Shown here one piece after another: positions 55,486 to 64,000 of a DNA stretch of 64,000 nt; position 1 is the stretch's first letter, and the number at the start of each line of letters is the position of its first letter. Both the position numbers and the translations under genes were made by a program. Origin of the DNA: an uncultured Planctomycetota bacterium (lineage in GTDB: Bacteria; Planctomycetota; Planctomycetia; Isosphaerales; Isosphaeraceae). The stretch lies in NCBI GenBank assembly GCA_963845755.1, contig CAWJTV010000036.1:224001-288000 (forward strand). The letters run 5' to 3'. Under the pieces are notes generated by a model, which made no database searches, was not told the DNA's origin, and saw nothing but the letters and a program-made list of their open reading frames with translations.

Positions 55486-56820
55486 ATGGTCGATCACCCT
55501 ATCGCCAACCGGCTGCTGGCCGACGAGGCCCGCGCCCTCCTGACTCGCCTGGGACGCGTCAAGTCGTTCGCGCTGAACGAGACGATGGTCCCGGCGGCTG
55601 CGCTGTCGCTGCTGGCGCAAACGGCCATCGAGCATCAGCTCGCGGGAGGTCGGCGTGCCCTGCGGCGACGGGTGAACGACTACCTGTGCTGGCTCTGCGG
55701 GCCGGGCGGCCGTGCAGCCTCCCCCGCCGAGGCGCACCGACGGTTCAGCCTGCTCCGCATGCTGTTCAATGCCGGGCTCGCTCAATTCGACCTGTTCTCA
55801 CAGGTCGTCACACAACGCAGCGAGAATGAGATCGGGGTGTGGCTTTCCGGGCTCGACTACGTCGCCGAGGATGCGCTGGAGCTGCCCGGTTACTACGAGG
55901 CCCCACCCCTGGCTTGCTACCTCGATCGCGGCCCCGGGGCCGCCATCCGGCGGGCACGTACCCGGCTGCCCGGAGGAGGTGAGAACCCGGTCGCGATCAT
56001 CCGCGTCCCGCGCGAGCGGATGATCGGCAGTGCCATCGCCTCGTCGCTGGTCCACGAGGTCGGCCACCAGGCCGCGGCCCTGCTCGACCTGGTCCCGTCG
56101 CTCCGCTCCGCGCTTCGCCGCGTGGGCCGCCGCGCCGACAACAAGGACGTCTGGAACGTCTTCGATCGTTGGATCTCCGAGATCGTGGCGGATTTCTGGG
56201 CGATGGCCCGGCTTGGGATCGGCGCGACCCACGGGCTGATGGCTGTGGTCAGCCTCCCGCGCGCCTTCATGTTCCGCGTCAAGGCCAACGACCCGCACCC
56301 GTCCCCTTGGATCCGTGTCAAGCTGAGCTGTGCCCTGGGCCGGGCCCTCTTCCCCGACCCCCAGTGGGACCGACTGGCTGAACTTTGGGATTCGTACTAT
56401 CCGCTCGAAGGTCTGACGGGGACGGTCCGGGATCTCCATCGGCGGCTCGAAGGGGCATTACCCGAGTTTGTCGACCTGTTGATCCGGCACCGTCCGGCGT
56501 CGTTACACGGCCAGGCGCTGGGGGAGGTTATGCAGTCGGAGAAACTTCAGCCGCATCGGCTCATGGCTCTGTACCGGACCTGGAAGGCCGCACCCGCGAT
56601 GCTCCGCCGGGCCCCGCCGACACTGGTGTTCGCCGTCATCGGCCAGGCCCGGGCCGATGGTGAGATCAGCCCGGAACTGGAGTCCCGGGTCCTCTCCAGC
56701 CTGCTCACGTACTGGGCCCTGCGCAGCAACCTCGATACTTCCGAAATTTGTGCGACGCGGGGACCTCGCATTGCGCTCGTCCCCGCTCGTGAAACACTTG
56801 CAATCCAACACAGAAGGTGA
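55486..56820 (+). CDS. Conserved hypothetical with HEXXH motif (putative zincin metallopeptidase)
   Basis: SSLVHEVGHQ, downstream WISEIVADF (possible third ligand Glu) and DPHP. Confidence 0.75.
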   Translation: MVDHPIANRLLADEARALLTRLGRVKSFALNETMVPAAALSLLAQTAIEHQLAGGRRALRRRVNDYLCWLCGPGGRAASPAEAHRRFSLLRMLFNAGLAQFDLFSQVVTQRSENEIGVWLSGLDYVAEDALELPGYYEAPPLACYLDRGPGAAIRRARTRLPGGGENPVAIIRVPRERMIGSAIASSLVHEVGHQAAALLDLVPSLRSALRRVGRRADNKDVWNVFDRWISEIVADFWAMARLGIGATHGLMAVVSLPRAFMFRVKANDPHPSPWIRVKLSCALGRALFPDPQWDRLAELWDSYYPLEGLTGTVRDLHRRLEGALPEFVDLLIRHRPASLHGQALGEVMQSEKLQPHRLMALYRTWKAAPAMLRRAPPTLVFAVIGQARADGEISPELESRVLSSLLTYWALRSNLDTSEICATRGPRIALVPARETLAIQHRR

Positions 56821-56824
56821 ACCC

Positions 56825-58585
56825 ATGGCACGACGTAGAAGAGATCGCCAGAACTTCGACCCCCTGAACCCGCAGCCGCCTTTCTCGTCGCCGGTGAGCC
56901 CGGAGTCGATCATCCCGCCGATCACGAACCCCGAGCCGATCATCCCGCCGGCAGAGGAGCTCGGGACGGGGCCGGAGGGTGACTTGACGGAGGACCTCGC
57001 GAGGTTTGTGCCCGTACGCCCCGAGGTCAACGTCCGGCTCGCCCAACCGGCGGGAATCAACCCGACGTTGGACCAGGGCCTCTGGATCGCGATCCGCAAC
57101 ACCGCCCAGAGGACCTCCTTCGAGCATTACCGCCTGTTCATCGACCGGGTCCTGTGCCAGCCGGACAGTCCCCGCATCGGTTCCGACGACGGCCCGGATG
57201 ATGAAATCGCGGGTCTGGTCCGCACGGCGCAGTGGCCCCATAGCAAAGGGGGCCTCGGCTTGCACGCCTACGGCGTCAACGCGTACAACATCCTCAGGCT
57301 TGCGACCGAGACGTTCCTGCTGATGCGGTGCGGCGTCGCGATCCGGGGCCACTACCGCCCGGATTGGGATGAAGCCCGGCTCTATCAGCGTTTCAGCGCC
57401 GAGGACGCCTGTGGCATGCTCCAGAGCTATCTGAGGGAGCCGGGGGCGATCCTGCCCTACCTCGAACAGGTCTTCAACGCCCTGGATGCCACAGACCGGC
57501 AGACGTTGACACCGGGAAGGGACGACGTCAACTCGCCCTTCTGCATCATGCCTCTCATCCAGAGGATCACAGCACCCTGCCTCGTCGAGCTGATCTGGTC
57601 GTACTGGCACGAGCAAGGCATGCTGGTGCAAACGATGAATGCGATCAGCATGCGATTCCAGAACAAGCGGTCCAGCCCCGGTGCCAAGGACCCGCTGGCA
57701 ACCATGGAGATCGACCCGCTCCGGCCGGTCAATAACCTGCTCTGGGGATTCGTCCAGGACGAGTTCAACCGGCTGAGCGTCCCGCGTCGATCCAGCGAGT
57801 ACGACCATCAGTACGGGCTCAAGCTCGTGGGTCGCGCCGTGCCCGGCGCACCCGCCGCGGACAGCCGCTCGAAATTCCTCGAAGCGTTCCACGACCTGAT
57901 GATGCGCACCAAGCTCTTCTACGATGAGGACGCGGATCGCACCATTGAGTCGAATGCGTTTCCGCTGCTCAACGGCCTCCGCGAGGTCCACCTCCTGCTG
58001 GCCGAGGGCGCGCACAACCAGTTCGGCGACCTGCCCTGGACCGCCCGCGTCGAGATGCTGATCCAGCAGTATTTGCTGGCACGGCCCGAGATGCGGGAAT
58101 TCCTCGGAGGACGCGTGATGGTGCCTTACCCCGAGCCCTGGATGGGCCGCGTGGACACCATGAAGGCCCTCCAGGGGTGGACCGACGTCCCCGTCCTGCA
58201 CTTCCGCAACCTCGGGGTCTACGCGGAACAGATCCTGCTCTCGATCCGCTACGGTGACTGGGTCGACGTCATCGACCACGACCGGGCGCGGAACTGGGCA
58301 CGGTTCTGGAGACCGGAGATCGAGGGATATGTCCACACCTACCGCGTCGTCACGGGCGTGGATTTGACGACGGCCACGACGGTCGACTCGACTCAGCCCG
58401 CGATCCTGGTGGGCCGCCGCCTCCAAGGCTACGGCCGTACGTCGCGAGCGGTGCGGGTCGTGGACGCCACACCCCGGCCCCAGTCGCTGCCCGGGGCGCC
58501 GGCGCCGACCCAGCGCACGATCGCGTCGCTGACGAAGCCTTCGCAGAACGGCATCCCCGATAGCCGCGTGAAGTCGAAGTCCTGA
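56825..58585 (+). CDS. Conserved hypothetical protein (586 aa)
   Basis: Long intact ORF 4 nt after the previous stop, SD GAAGGTGA, low-complexity N-terminus, aromatic-rich core (ELIWSYWHEQG, EYDHQYG, EGAHNQFGDLPW). Confidence 0.8.
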   Translation: MARRRRDRQNFDPLNPQPPFSSPVSPESIIPPITNPEPIIPPAEELGTGPEGDLTEDLARFVPVRPEVNVRLAQPAGINPTLDQGLWIAIRNTAQRTSFEHYRLFIDRVLCQPDSPRIGSDDGPDDEIAGLVRTAQWPHSKGGLGLHAYGVNAYNILRLATETFLLMRCGVAIRGHYRPDWDEARLYQRFSAEDACGMLQSYLREPGAILPYLEQVFNALDATDRQTLTPGRDDVNSPFCIMPLIQRITAPCLVELIWSYWHEQGMLVQTMNAISMRFQNKRSSPGAKDPLATMEIDPLRPVNNLLWGFVQDEFNRLSVPRRSSEYDHQYGLKLVGRAVPGAPAADSRSKFLEAFHDLMMRTKLFYDEDADRTIESNAFPLLNGLREVHLLLAEGAHNQFGDLPWTARVEMLIQQYLLARPEMREFLGGRVMVPYPEPWMGRVDTMKALQGWTDVPVLHFRNLGVYAEQILLSIRYGDWVDVIDHDRARNWARFWRPEIEGYVHTYRVVTGVDLTTATTVDSTQPAILVGRRLQGYGRTSRAVRVVDATPRPQSLPGAPAPTQRTIASLTKPSQNGIPDSRVKSKS

Positions 58586-58612
58586 GCCGGTCGGCGCGGT
58601 CGCCGGCCCGGG

Positions 58613-58645
58613 CCTGGCGTTCGGTCGCGACGACCGAACGCCAGG
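58613..58645 (+). other. Perfect 15-bp-stem hairpin between operon genes 3 and 4
   Basis: CCTGGCGTTCGGTCG-CGA-CGACCGAACGCCAGG; no U-tract. Confidence 0.8.
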
Positions 58646-58718
58646 ATGGGCCGAGCATACCGCGTCGTGGAGCGCGCCGGTCCGGGCCGATTGGATCTGT
58701 AACCTGGTGGTCACACGG

Positions 58719-59852
58719 ATGCTCGATTTCAGCTCGTCGCTCTACCTGGGCTTGCGGCACGCAAGCCGATCGCTGGCCGCGTGGGATCGATTGACGGAGG
58801 GAAAGCCGTCGGCCCTCGATGAGCCCCCAGGCGCCGCGGCCGTGGCCGCAGCAATGTCCGTCCTCACCGGCTGCGAGCGGGCGGTCCTCCTCCCCTCGAC
58901 GTTGCATCTATTCTGGGATCTGTTCGGCATGCGGGCTGGCGACGCCATCGCCATTTACGTCGACGCCGGCACCTACCCGATCGCCCGTTGGGGCGTCGAG
59001 CGGGCGGCGGCGCGGGGGACAACCGTGCGATACTTCGCCCATCACGACGCGCACGCTTTGGGGCGTCTCCTCTTGCACGAGACACGGAGGGGCGTCCGGC
59101 CTCTCGTCGTCGCCGACGGATTCTGCCCACGGTGCGGGCGCGCGGCGCCGGTGCCGGAATACCTCGAGGCGACCCGCACGTTCGGCGGCTCGCTGCTGAT
59201 CGATGATACACAGGCCCTCGGCATCTTCGGCCACTCGCCCGGCCCGGATTCGCCCTACGGCCACGGTGGCGGTGGGACGTCGCGGCGGTGGGACGTCGCG
59301 GGCCCCGATGTCTTGATCGGTGCCTCGATGGCCAAGGCCTTCGGCACGCCGGTCGCCGTCCTGTGCGGGGCCGCGGCCGAAGTCCGCCGCTTCATGACGC
59401 TCGGCGAAACCCGCGTGCATTGCAGCCCGCCCTCCGTGGCGAACATCCGCGCGGCGGCCCACGCCCTGGAGCTCAATCGTACCTGCGGCGACGCCTTACG
59501 GCTCCGCCTGGCCGGCCTCGTCGGCCGGTTCCGCGCCCGCCTTGCCGAGCGCGGACTCTCCGCGTCGGGTGGCCTCTTCCCCGTGCAGCGCGTCGCGGTC
59601 CCGCCGGGGCACGACGCATCCCTGCTGCACCGGCACTTGCTCCGGCTCGGCGTCCGGGCTGTCCTCGTGCGCGACGCCCCCCGCCGCAGCCCGGGACTTT
59701 GCTTCCTGATCAATGCGCGTCAACATCCTTGTGTGATCGACCGAGCGGCCGGTGCCCTCGCGTCTGCGTTGAGAAGATCCCCACTTGTTTCGAGGCCCAG
59801 TGACCATCCCGCCCCGCGTCCTTCGCCCGTGGGCGGCGGTTTCCAGTCGTAA
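58719..59852 (+). CDS. PLP-dependent class II aminotransferase / alpha-oxoamine synthase (BioF-like, divergent)
   Basis: LDFSSSLYLGL, FAHHD, IDDTQALG, SMAKAFG (PLP lysine). Confidence 0.85.
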   Translation: MLDFSSSLYLGLRHASRSLAAWDRLTEGKPSALDEPPGAAAVAAAMSVLTGCERAVLLPSTLHLFWDLFGMRAGDAIAIYVDAGTYPIARWGVERAAARGTTVRYFAHHDAHALGRLLLHETRRGVRPLVVADGFCPRCGRAAPVPEYLEATRTFGGSLLIDDTQALGIFGHSPGPDSPYGHGGGGTSRRWDVAGPDVLIGASMAKAFGTPVAVLCGAAAEVRRFMTLGETRVHCSPPSVANIRAAAHALELNRTCGDALRLRLAGLVGRFRARLAERGLSASGGLFPVQRVAVPPGHDASLLHRHLLRLGVRAVLVRDAPRRSPGLCFLINARQHPCVIDRAAGALASALRRSPLVSRPSDHPAPRPSPVGGGFQS

Positions 59853-59882
59853 GACATGGCGAAGACCAAGAGGAGAATCATC

Positions 59883-61406
59883 ATGGGATGCGGCTGCAAA
59901 CACGGGCACGGTCCGAATGCTTTCGACCTGAGCCATCTCGAGGTTGGAGAGGGTGAGGTCGCCTTGCCCATCTCCGCCATGTTCGAGCTGGGAGAACTGG
60001 AACAAGAGCGGCGCGGGTTCGGGAGGGCCCCACGCCGGGCCTCCGTGGCGCGGCCGCGGATGAGGCGACGGGCACCATCGGCGCCGATGGCCCGCCCGAA
60101 GGGTCAAGCGTCGCTGTTGCGGCGCAAAACCCTGGGACATGCGGCCCAGGGGGCGGGAAAGCACCTGGCGACTAAGAGGCGCACACAACAACAAGCCAGG
60201 CCCGGCGGCTTTCCCGGCGCTCAGAGGAGGTTCCGTAGAGGCCGATCGCCCTTGGGCCCTGCCGCCCCCATCGGTGGACTGGCCATGGCCCCGAACCCGG
60301 TGATCTTGAACCGCCGTTATTCCGACCAGTTGGGATGGCGGGCCTATTACAACCAGATCCTCACACTGCTCGGACCCCTCGCCACGGGCGGCGAATCGGC
60401 ATTCGTCCAGGCCGTTGCGCAGTGGCAAGCGACCAAGGGCCTGCCCGCGAATGGGGTGCTCGATCCGACGAGCTGGGCTCAGATGCAGGGCGATCTGGCG
60501 GCCGGTCCGGCTGCCCCGCCACTCGCTCCGCTTCCCGCCGCGCTGGAGCCGCCCGACGCGGCGCTACCGCTTGGAGCCGAGCCGCCCCCATTGGCAGAGC
60601 CTGCTCCACTCGGCGGCGAGATGGAATGGGAGTCCGAATCGGGCTCTCGATACACCCGGCCGGCATCGCGGCGCTGGGCTCACTGCCCTCCTACGGCGGA
60701 AATGCCTCCAACCGAGCGCACCGTGCTGGCAGTGACGAGTCGACTCCAGACCGGTAAGCCTTTTGCCTGCACAGTCTCCGCTCACGACGGCATCTCGATG
60801 GGCCTGATCCGGTGGAATCTCCGGAATGGCACGCTCCAGCGACTGCTGGCGCGCTTCGAAAACCGGAGCGGTCGGCTCATCCGGTTCTTCCGTGCCGACT
60901 ACGACCGACTCATGGGACTGATCGCCCTGCGTCACTCGGCACCCCAGCGAGGTCGGGCCGTCGCGGTGGCATTCGCGGATCGGCTGGCCGATCGCTGGCG
61001 CGGTCCCCTGCTCTCCCTCTTCTCCGACACGACCTTCTACTCAATGCTGATGCAGGACGTTCGCGGCCGCCTCGCCGCGGCCAAGGGTGCTGCACGGCGA
61101 CTGGGCGTGTGGACCGTACGTGGCCTGGCCCTGTTGTTCGACATCGCCGCCTGCGAGGGCCTCGGCCGATCGAAGATCGCGCGACTCGCCGCCCGCCTCC
61201 GGCGTCTCGAGGCGACCAGGGGGCCACTCTCCGAGCAGGAGAAGCTCGTCGCCATCGTCGATGAATCCGTCCGTCGCCTGGCCCGTCATCGCGATGAGCG
61301 ACGCGCCCTTCGGATGGTGATCGCGACCGGCTCGGGACCGGCTCGGGGCCGGTGGTGGGACCTCGGCCGCGACTATGCCAACCTCGACGCCCCGTGGGAA
61401 TCGTGA
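59883..61406 (+). CDS. Peptidoglycan-binding domain plus lysozyme-like domain protein
   Basis: FVQAVAQWQATKGLPANGVLDPTSW (PG-binding) and DGISMGLIRWNLRNGTLQRLL...RGLALLFDI. Alternative start at 59856. Confidence 0.65.
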   Translation: MGCGCKHGHGPNAFDLSHLEVGEGEVALPISAMFELGELEQERRGFGRAPRRASVARPRMRRRAPSAPMARPKGQASLLRRKTLGHAAQGAGKHLATKRRTQQQARPGGFPGAQRRFRRGRSPLGPAAPIGGLAMAPNPVILNRRYSDQLGWRAYYNQILTLLGPLATGGESAFVQAVAQWQATKGLPANGVLDPTSWAQMQGDLAAGPAAPPLAPLPAALEPPDAALPLGAEPPPLAEPAPLGGEMEWESESGSRYTRPASRRWAHCPPTAEMPPTERTVLAVTSRLQTGKPFACTVSAHDGISMGLIRWNLRNGTLQRLLARFENRSGRLIRFFRADYDRLMGLIALRHSAPQRGRAVAVAFADRLADRWRGPLLSLFSDTTFYSMLMQDVRGRLAAAKGAARRLGVWTVRGLALLFDIAACEGLGRSKIARLAARLRRLEATRGPLSEQEKLVAIVDESVRRLARHRDERRALRMVIATGSGPARGRWWDLGRDYANLDAPWES

Positions 61407-61474
61407 GGTTCGCCGGCGGTGGCTCCGTCCCGATCATTGACGGTTATCGTCGCGCGGAAACGGGCGGGGACCCC

Positions 61475-61577
61475 CTGGGGGCATCGCCTTTCGGGCTCGA
61501 CCCCAGCTATCTCCGGTCTGGCTCCGAGAGCCGCGGGGTGGCTGGGGTCGAGCCGGCATTGCCGCGCTGCCCCCAGA
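61475..61577. repeat. REP-like inverted repeat pair between convergent genes
   Basis: GGCTCGACCCCAGC...GCTGGGGTCGAGCC with flanking CTGGGGGC / GCCCCCAG. Confidence 0.65.
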
Positions 61578-61653
61578 ATCGCCGCAGGCGTGAAGAGGTT
61601 CACCGCGGTGGTCGTCTGCGGAACCGGCGGGATCTCGATCACGAGAGACGCCC

Positions 61654-63054
61654 TCAGGCGTCGTGCCGGCCGTTGCCATTGCCATCGCCGTCCTGTTGAC
61701 GGCGGGAGGCCCGGCGGAGCTGGAGGGTTCGGTCGGTCACGCCGAGCCGCCGCGCCGCACGTTGCAAGTTCCCGTCCTCGGCCGCGACGGCGTTCCGCAC
61801 GGCCACGTCCTCGGCGACGCGGCCGATGTCCTTCAGGCCGACACCCCAGGCCAGGGCCTTGCGGATCGTCCTCTCGAACATCTCATCGCACCAATCGTCC
61901 GGCCGGTCGGACGGATCCGGTCGTTCGTCCTCGGGGACGTCGCCGACGGTGATCGGGGCCGGTCCCACGTGGCGGCAGGCGATCCGCGAGATTAATTGCC
62001 GGAGGTCACGCACGTTACCCGGATACGTCCGTCGCAGCAGGTACTGACGAACCGGCTCGTCCAGTTCGATGGCTCCCAGGTCGGGCCGGAACTGGGTGAG
62101 GAAGTGGCGTGTTAGCGGCAAGATGTCTTCCACTCGCTCGCGCAATGGAGGAAGCTTGCATGTGCATCCGGCGATTCGGTAGTAGAAATCGCGTCGGAAG
62201 CGGCCCTGGGCCTCTTCCTGGAGCAGGTCCCGGTTGGTGGCGCAGACCAGGCGGAAGTCGGTCTTTTCCCAGGAATTGCTCCCCACGCGCTTGTAAGTCC
62301 GCTCCTGCACGACGCGGAGCAAGTCGGCCTGGAGCATCAGGGGGAGCTCGCCGACCTCGTCGAGGAACAGCGTCCCGCCATGAGCCAGGGCGAAGGCGCC
62401 GTCGCGCGCGGCGACGGCGTTGGTGAACGCCCCGCGCTCGTGGCCGAAGAATTCGCTACCGGCCAGCTCGGGGACGATCGTCGTGCAGTCCAGGATGACG
62501 AGATCGCCCTTGTTGGACCGCCGGTCGAGCGTGTGGAGCAGGCGCGCCACCAACTCCTTCCCCGTCCCGCTCTCGCCGGTGATCATCACGGCGGCATCGG
62601 TGAATACGGCGACTTCGATGACCTGGCGCAGGGCCATCGTCCAGGCAGGGCTGCATCCGACCAGGTTGCCAGCAACCAGGGAGGAGCGTACCAGGTCGTC
62701 CACCGAGGCCCATCGCCGCAGCCGGCGCAGATCGCAGCGCCCGCATCGGCCCCGCCGTTCCAGGCGATGACGTCGGAGGCTCCCACCTTGAGCAGCGACC
62801 ACGACGAGCCGTCTGCCAGTGGCTCGGCCGAGATCGCGACGGCCAGCACTCTCCCCAGGCCATTTCGGCTGAGCTGGCGGACCTGATCGTAGACCGAAGG
62901 GCCGAGCCGATCGAAGACGACCAGCCCAGGGCCCGACGGTTCCTCGCTCTCCAGCGGTGAGGCCTCGATCCGCTCGCGCAAGCCGAGCGATGAGGTCCGA
63001 CCTCAGTGTGCCCTTTCCGTGCGTGTGAAAGTTGACCCAGATCTTGGTCGGCAT
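61654..63054 (-). CDS. Sigma-54-dependent transcriptional activator (bEBP; frameshifted N-terminus)
   Basis: GESGTGKE, SEFFGHERGAFTNA, GTLFLDEVGE, ATNRDL, FRRDFYYR, YPGNVRDL, Fis-type HTH; degenerate receiver-like N-terminus. Confidence 0.92.
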   Translation of the reverse strand: MPTKIWVNFHTHGKGTLRSDLIARLARADRGLTAGERGTVGPWAGRLRSARPFGLRSGPPAQPKWPGESAGRRDLGRATGRRLVVVAAQGGSLRRHRLERRGRCGRCDLRRLRRWASVDDLVRSSLVAGNLVGCSPAWTMALRQVIEVAVFTDAAVMITGESGTGKELVARLLHTLDRRSNKGDLVILDCTTIVPELAGSEFFGHERGAFTNAVAARDGAFALAHGGTLFLDEVGELPLMLQADLLRVVQERTYKRVGSNSWEKTDFRLVCATNRDLLQEEAQGRFRRDFYYRIAGCTCKLPPLRERVEDILPLTRHFLTQFRPDLGAIELDEPVRQYLLRRTYPGNVRDLRQLISRIACRHVGPAPITVGDVPEDERPDPSDRPDDWCDEMFERTIRKALAWGVGLKDIGRVAEDVAVRNAVAAEDGNLQRAARRLGVTDRTLQLRRASRRQQDGDGNGNGRHDA

Positions 63055-63600
63055 GAACGTCAGTCGAACCCGCCGGCCGGAAGTTTAACCTCGAAGGCGA
63101 CGTCCCGCCCAGCACGATGTTCGAATCCCTTGCATTTTTCGGGACCTCGGGCAAGCGGAGAGAGAACCCGCAGTATAGTCGCAGGACTAATCAAGCTCAC
63201 GACGACCCGTGCGCAATCACTCGCGGGTTTTTTGCGGAATCATGCGGGCAACCGTGGGGCCCGTGATATTTGAAGGTGCCTGTGTCTTGAAGATCACTCA
63301 TAGATTATTTATTTGCAGATTTATTTCGATGGCCTGCCGGTGGGAAGATGAGCGATTCCCCTGGTGAGGCGAGGCCCGCTCGCCGACGCGCGGCGGGCGC
63401 GTATCCACCCAGGGCCTCGTGGCTTTCCAGGGCGGCCGGGGAGTCATCGCCACCCCTGCACGCGATCGGCCGTCTCTGTCGCCGGCCCGGGGACCAACGA
63501 TCGAGGTCATCTACCGGCTGGATTCACCGGCGCGACTTCGCATGAGTGCAAGAAAGACATGCTGTGTCGAGTAGCTCAGGCTCGCTTGTACGCTGGCGGC

Positions 63601-64000
63601 CTAACGGTTCAGGTACCGGTTCGCGAGCCACAGTTGCTGAACGGCCCACGCCAATTCGCGGCCGTCGATCGAGATCTCGCAACGACGTTCCAGCGGATCC
63701 TCCTCATGGCTCTGGGCCTTGGTGTCCCCGACCGCCTGGATCAGGTTCGTATCCATGTTGGGGACGCCCCTGCGCTTCAGCCAGTCCACCACCGCGGCCT
63801 TCCGCTTCTCGGAGAGTTTCTGATTGTATCGGATTCGGTCCGCCGCATTGCCCCGGTATGCCACGCTCGCCCTGGCCTCGCCGCGCACGGGCAGCAATCC
63901 GCTGTCAAGGGCGACGCGCACCTCGTAGGTGGATACCAGGCTTTCATGGATGAACCTGTCGAGGTTGTCTCCGTCGTCTCTGCGGTGGCCATTCCGGTCC
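63601..64000 (-). CDS. OmpA-like C-terminal domain protein (5' part outside window)
   Basis: RAS...YNQKLSEKRKAAVVDWLKRRGV...AVG...RRCEI. Confidence 0.6.
   Translation of the reverse strand, partial: DRNGHRRDDGDNLDRFIHESLVSTYEVRVALDSGLLPVRGEARASVAYRGNAADRIRYNQKLSEKRKAAVVDWLKRRGVPNMDTNLIQAVGDTKAQSHEEDPLERRCEISIDGRELAWAVQQLWLANRYLNR

Noticed and set aside
58719..59852. Assigning the symbol bioF
   Set aside because: Key motifs diverge and there is no biotin operon context.
63540..63640. tRNA-like sequence (GTAGCTCAG...GGTTCG)
   Set aside because: Arms do not pair into a cloverleaf and it overlaps the OmpA-like gene end.

Overview
GC-rich bacterial chromosomal window, most likely from a planctomycete (Isosphaeraceae-like). 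This is inferred from the DAEDAFQATFL-type ECF sigma factor, TIGR03067, DUF1573 and Uma2 genes, and 7-nt intergenic repeats. More than 20 genes, including ssb, dnaB and recN, carry single-base frameshifts, which look like long-read or assembly errors, so genes were reconstructed across frames. Housekeeping block: ssb-rplI-dnaB, recN and a tRNA-binding protein. Accessory highlights: (1) an uncharacterised five-gene operon at 54.1-61.4 kb with a consensus sigma-54 promoter and palindromic upstream sites, encoding an acidic-repeat/Gly-zipper/His-repeat protein, a HEXXH protein, a conserved hypothetical, a divergent BioF-like PLP enzyme and a peptidoglycan-binding lysozyme-like protein, followed by a convergent sigma-54 activator; (2) a ubiquitin-like operon at 40.9-45.7 kb (Ubl, E1, membrane JAB, membrane FHA, Zn-ribbon) with no visible E2; (3) a low-GC three-gene cassette ending in a PIN-like gene beside a WD40-Roc-COR-TIR protein; (4) tandem toxin-antitoxin modules, one bracketed by a duplicated gene 3' end. 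No rRNA, tRNA, CRISPR array, integrase or transposase was recognised. All family assignments come from motif recognition, not database searches.
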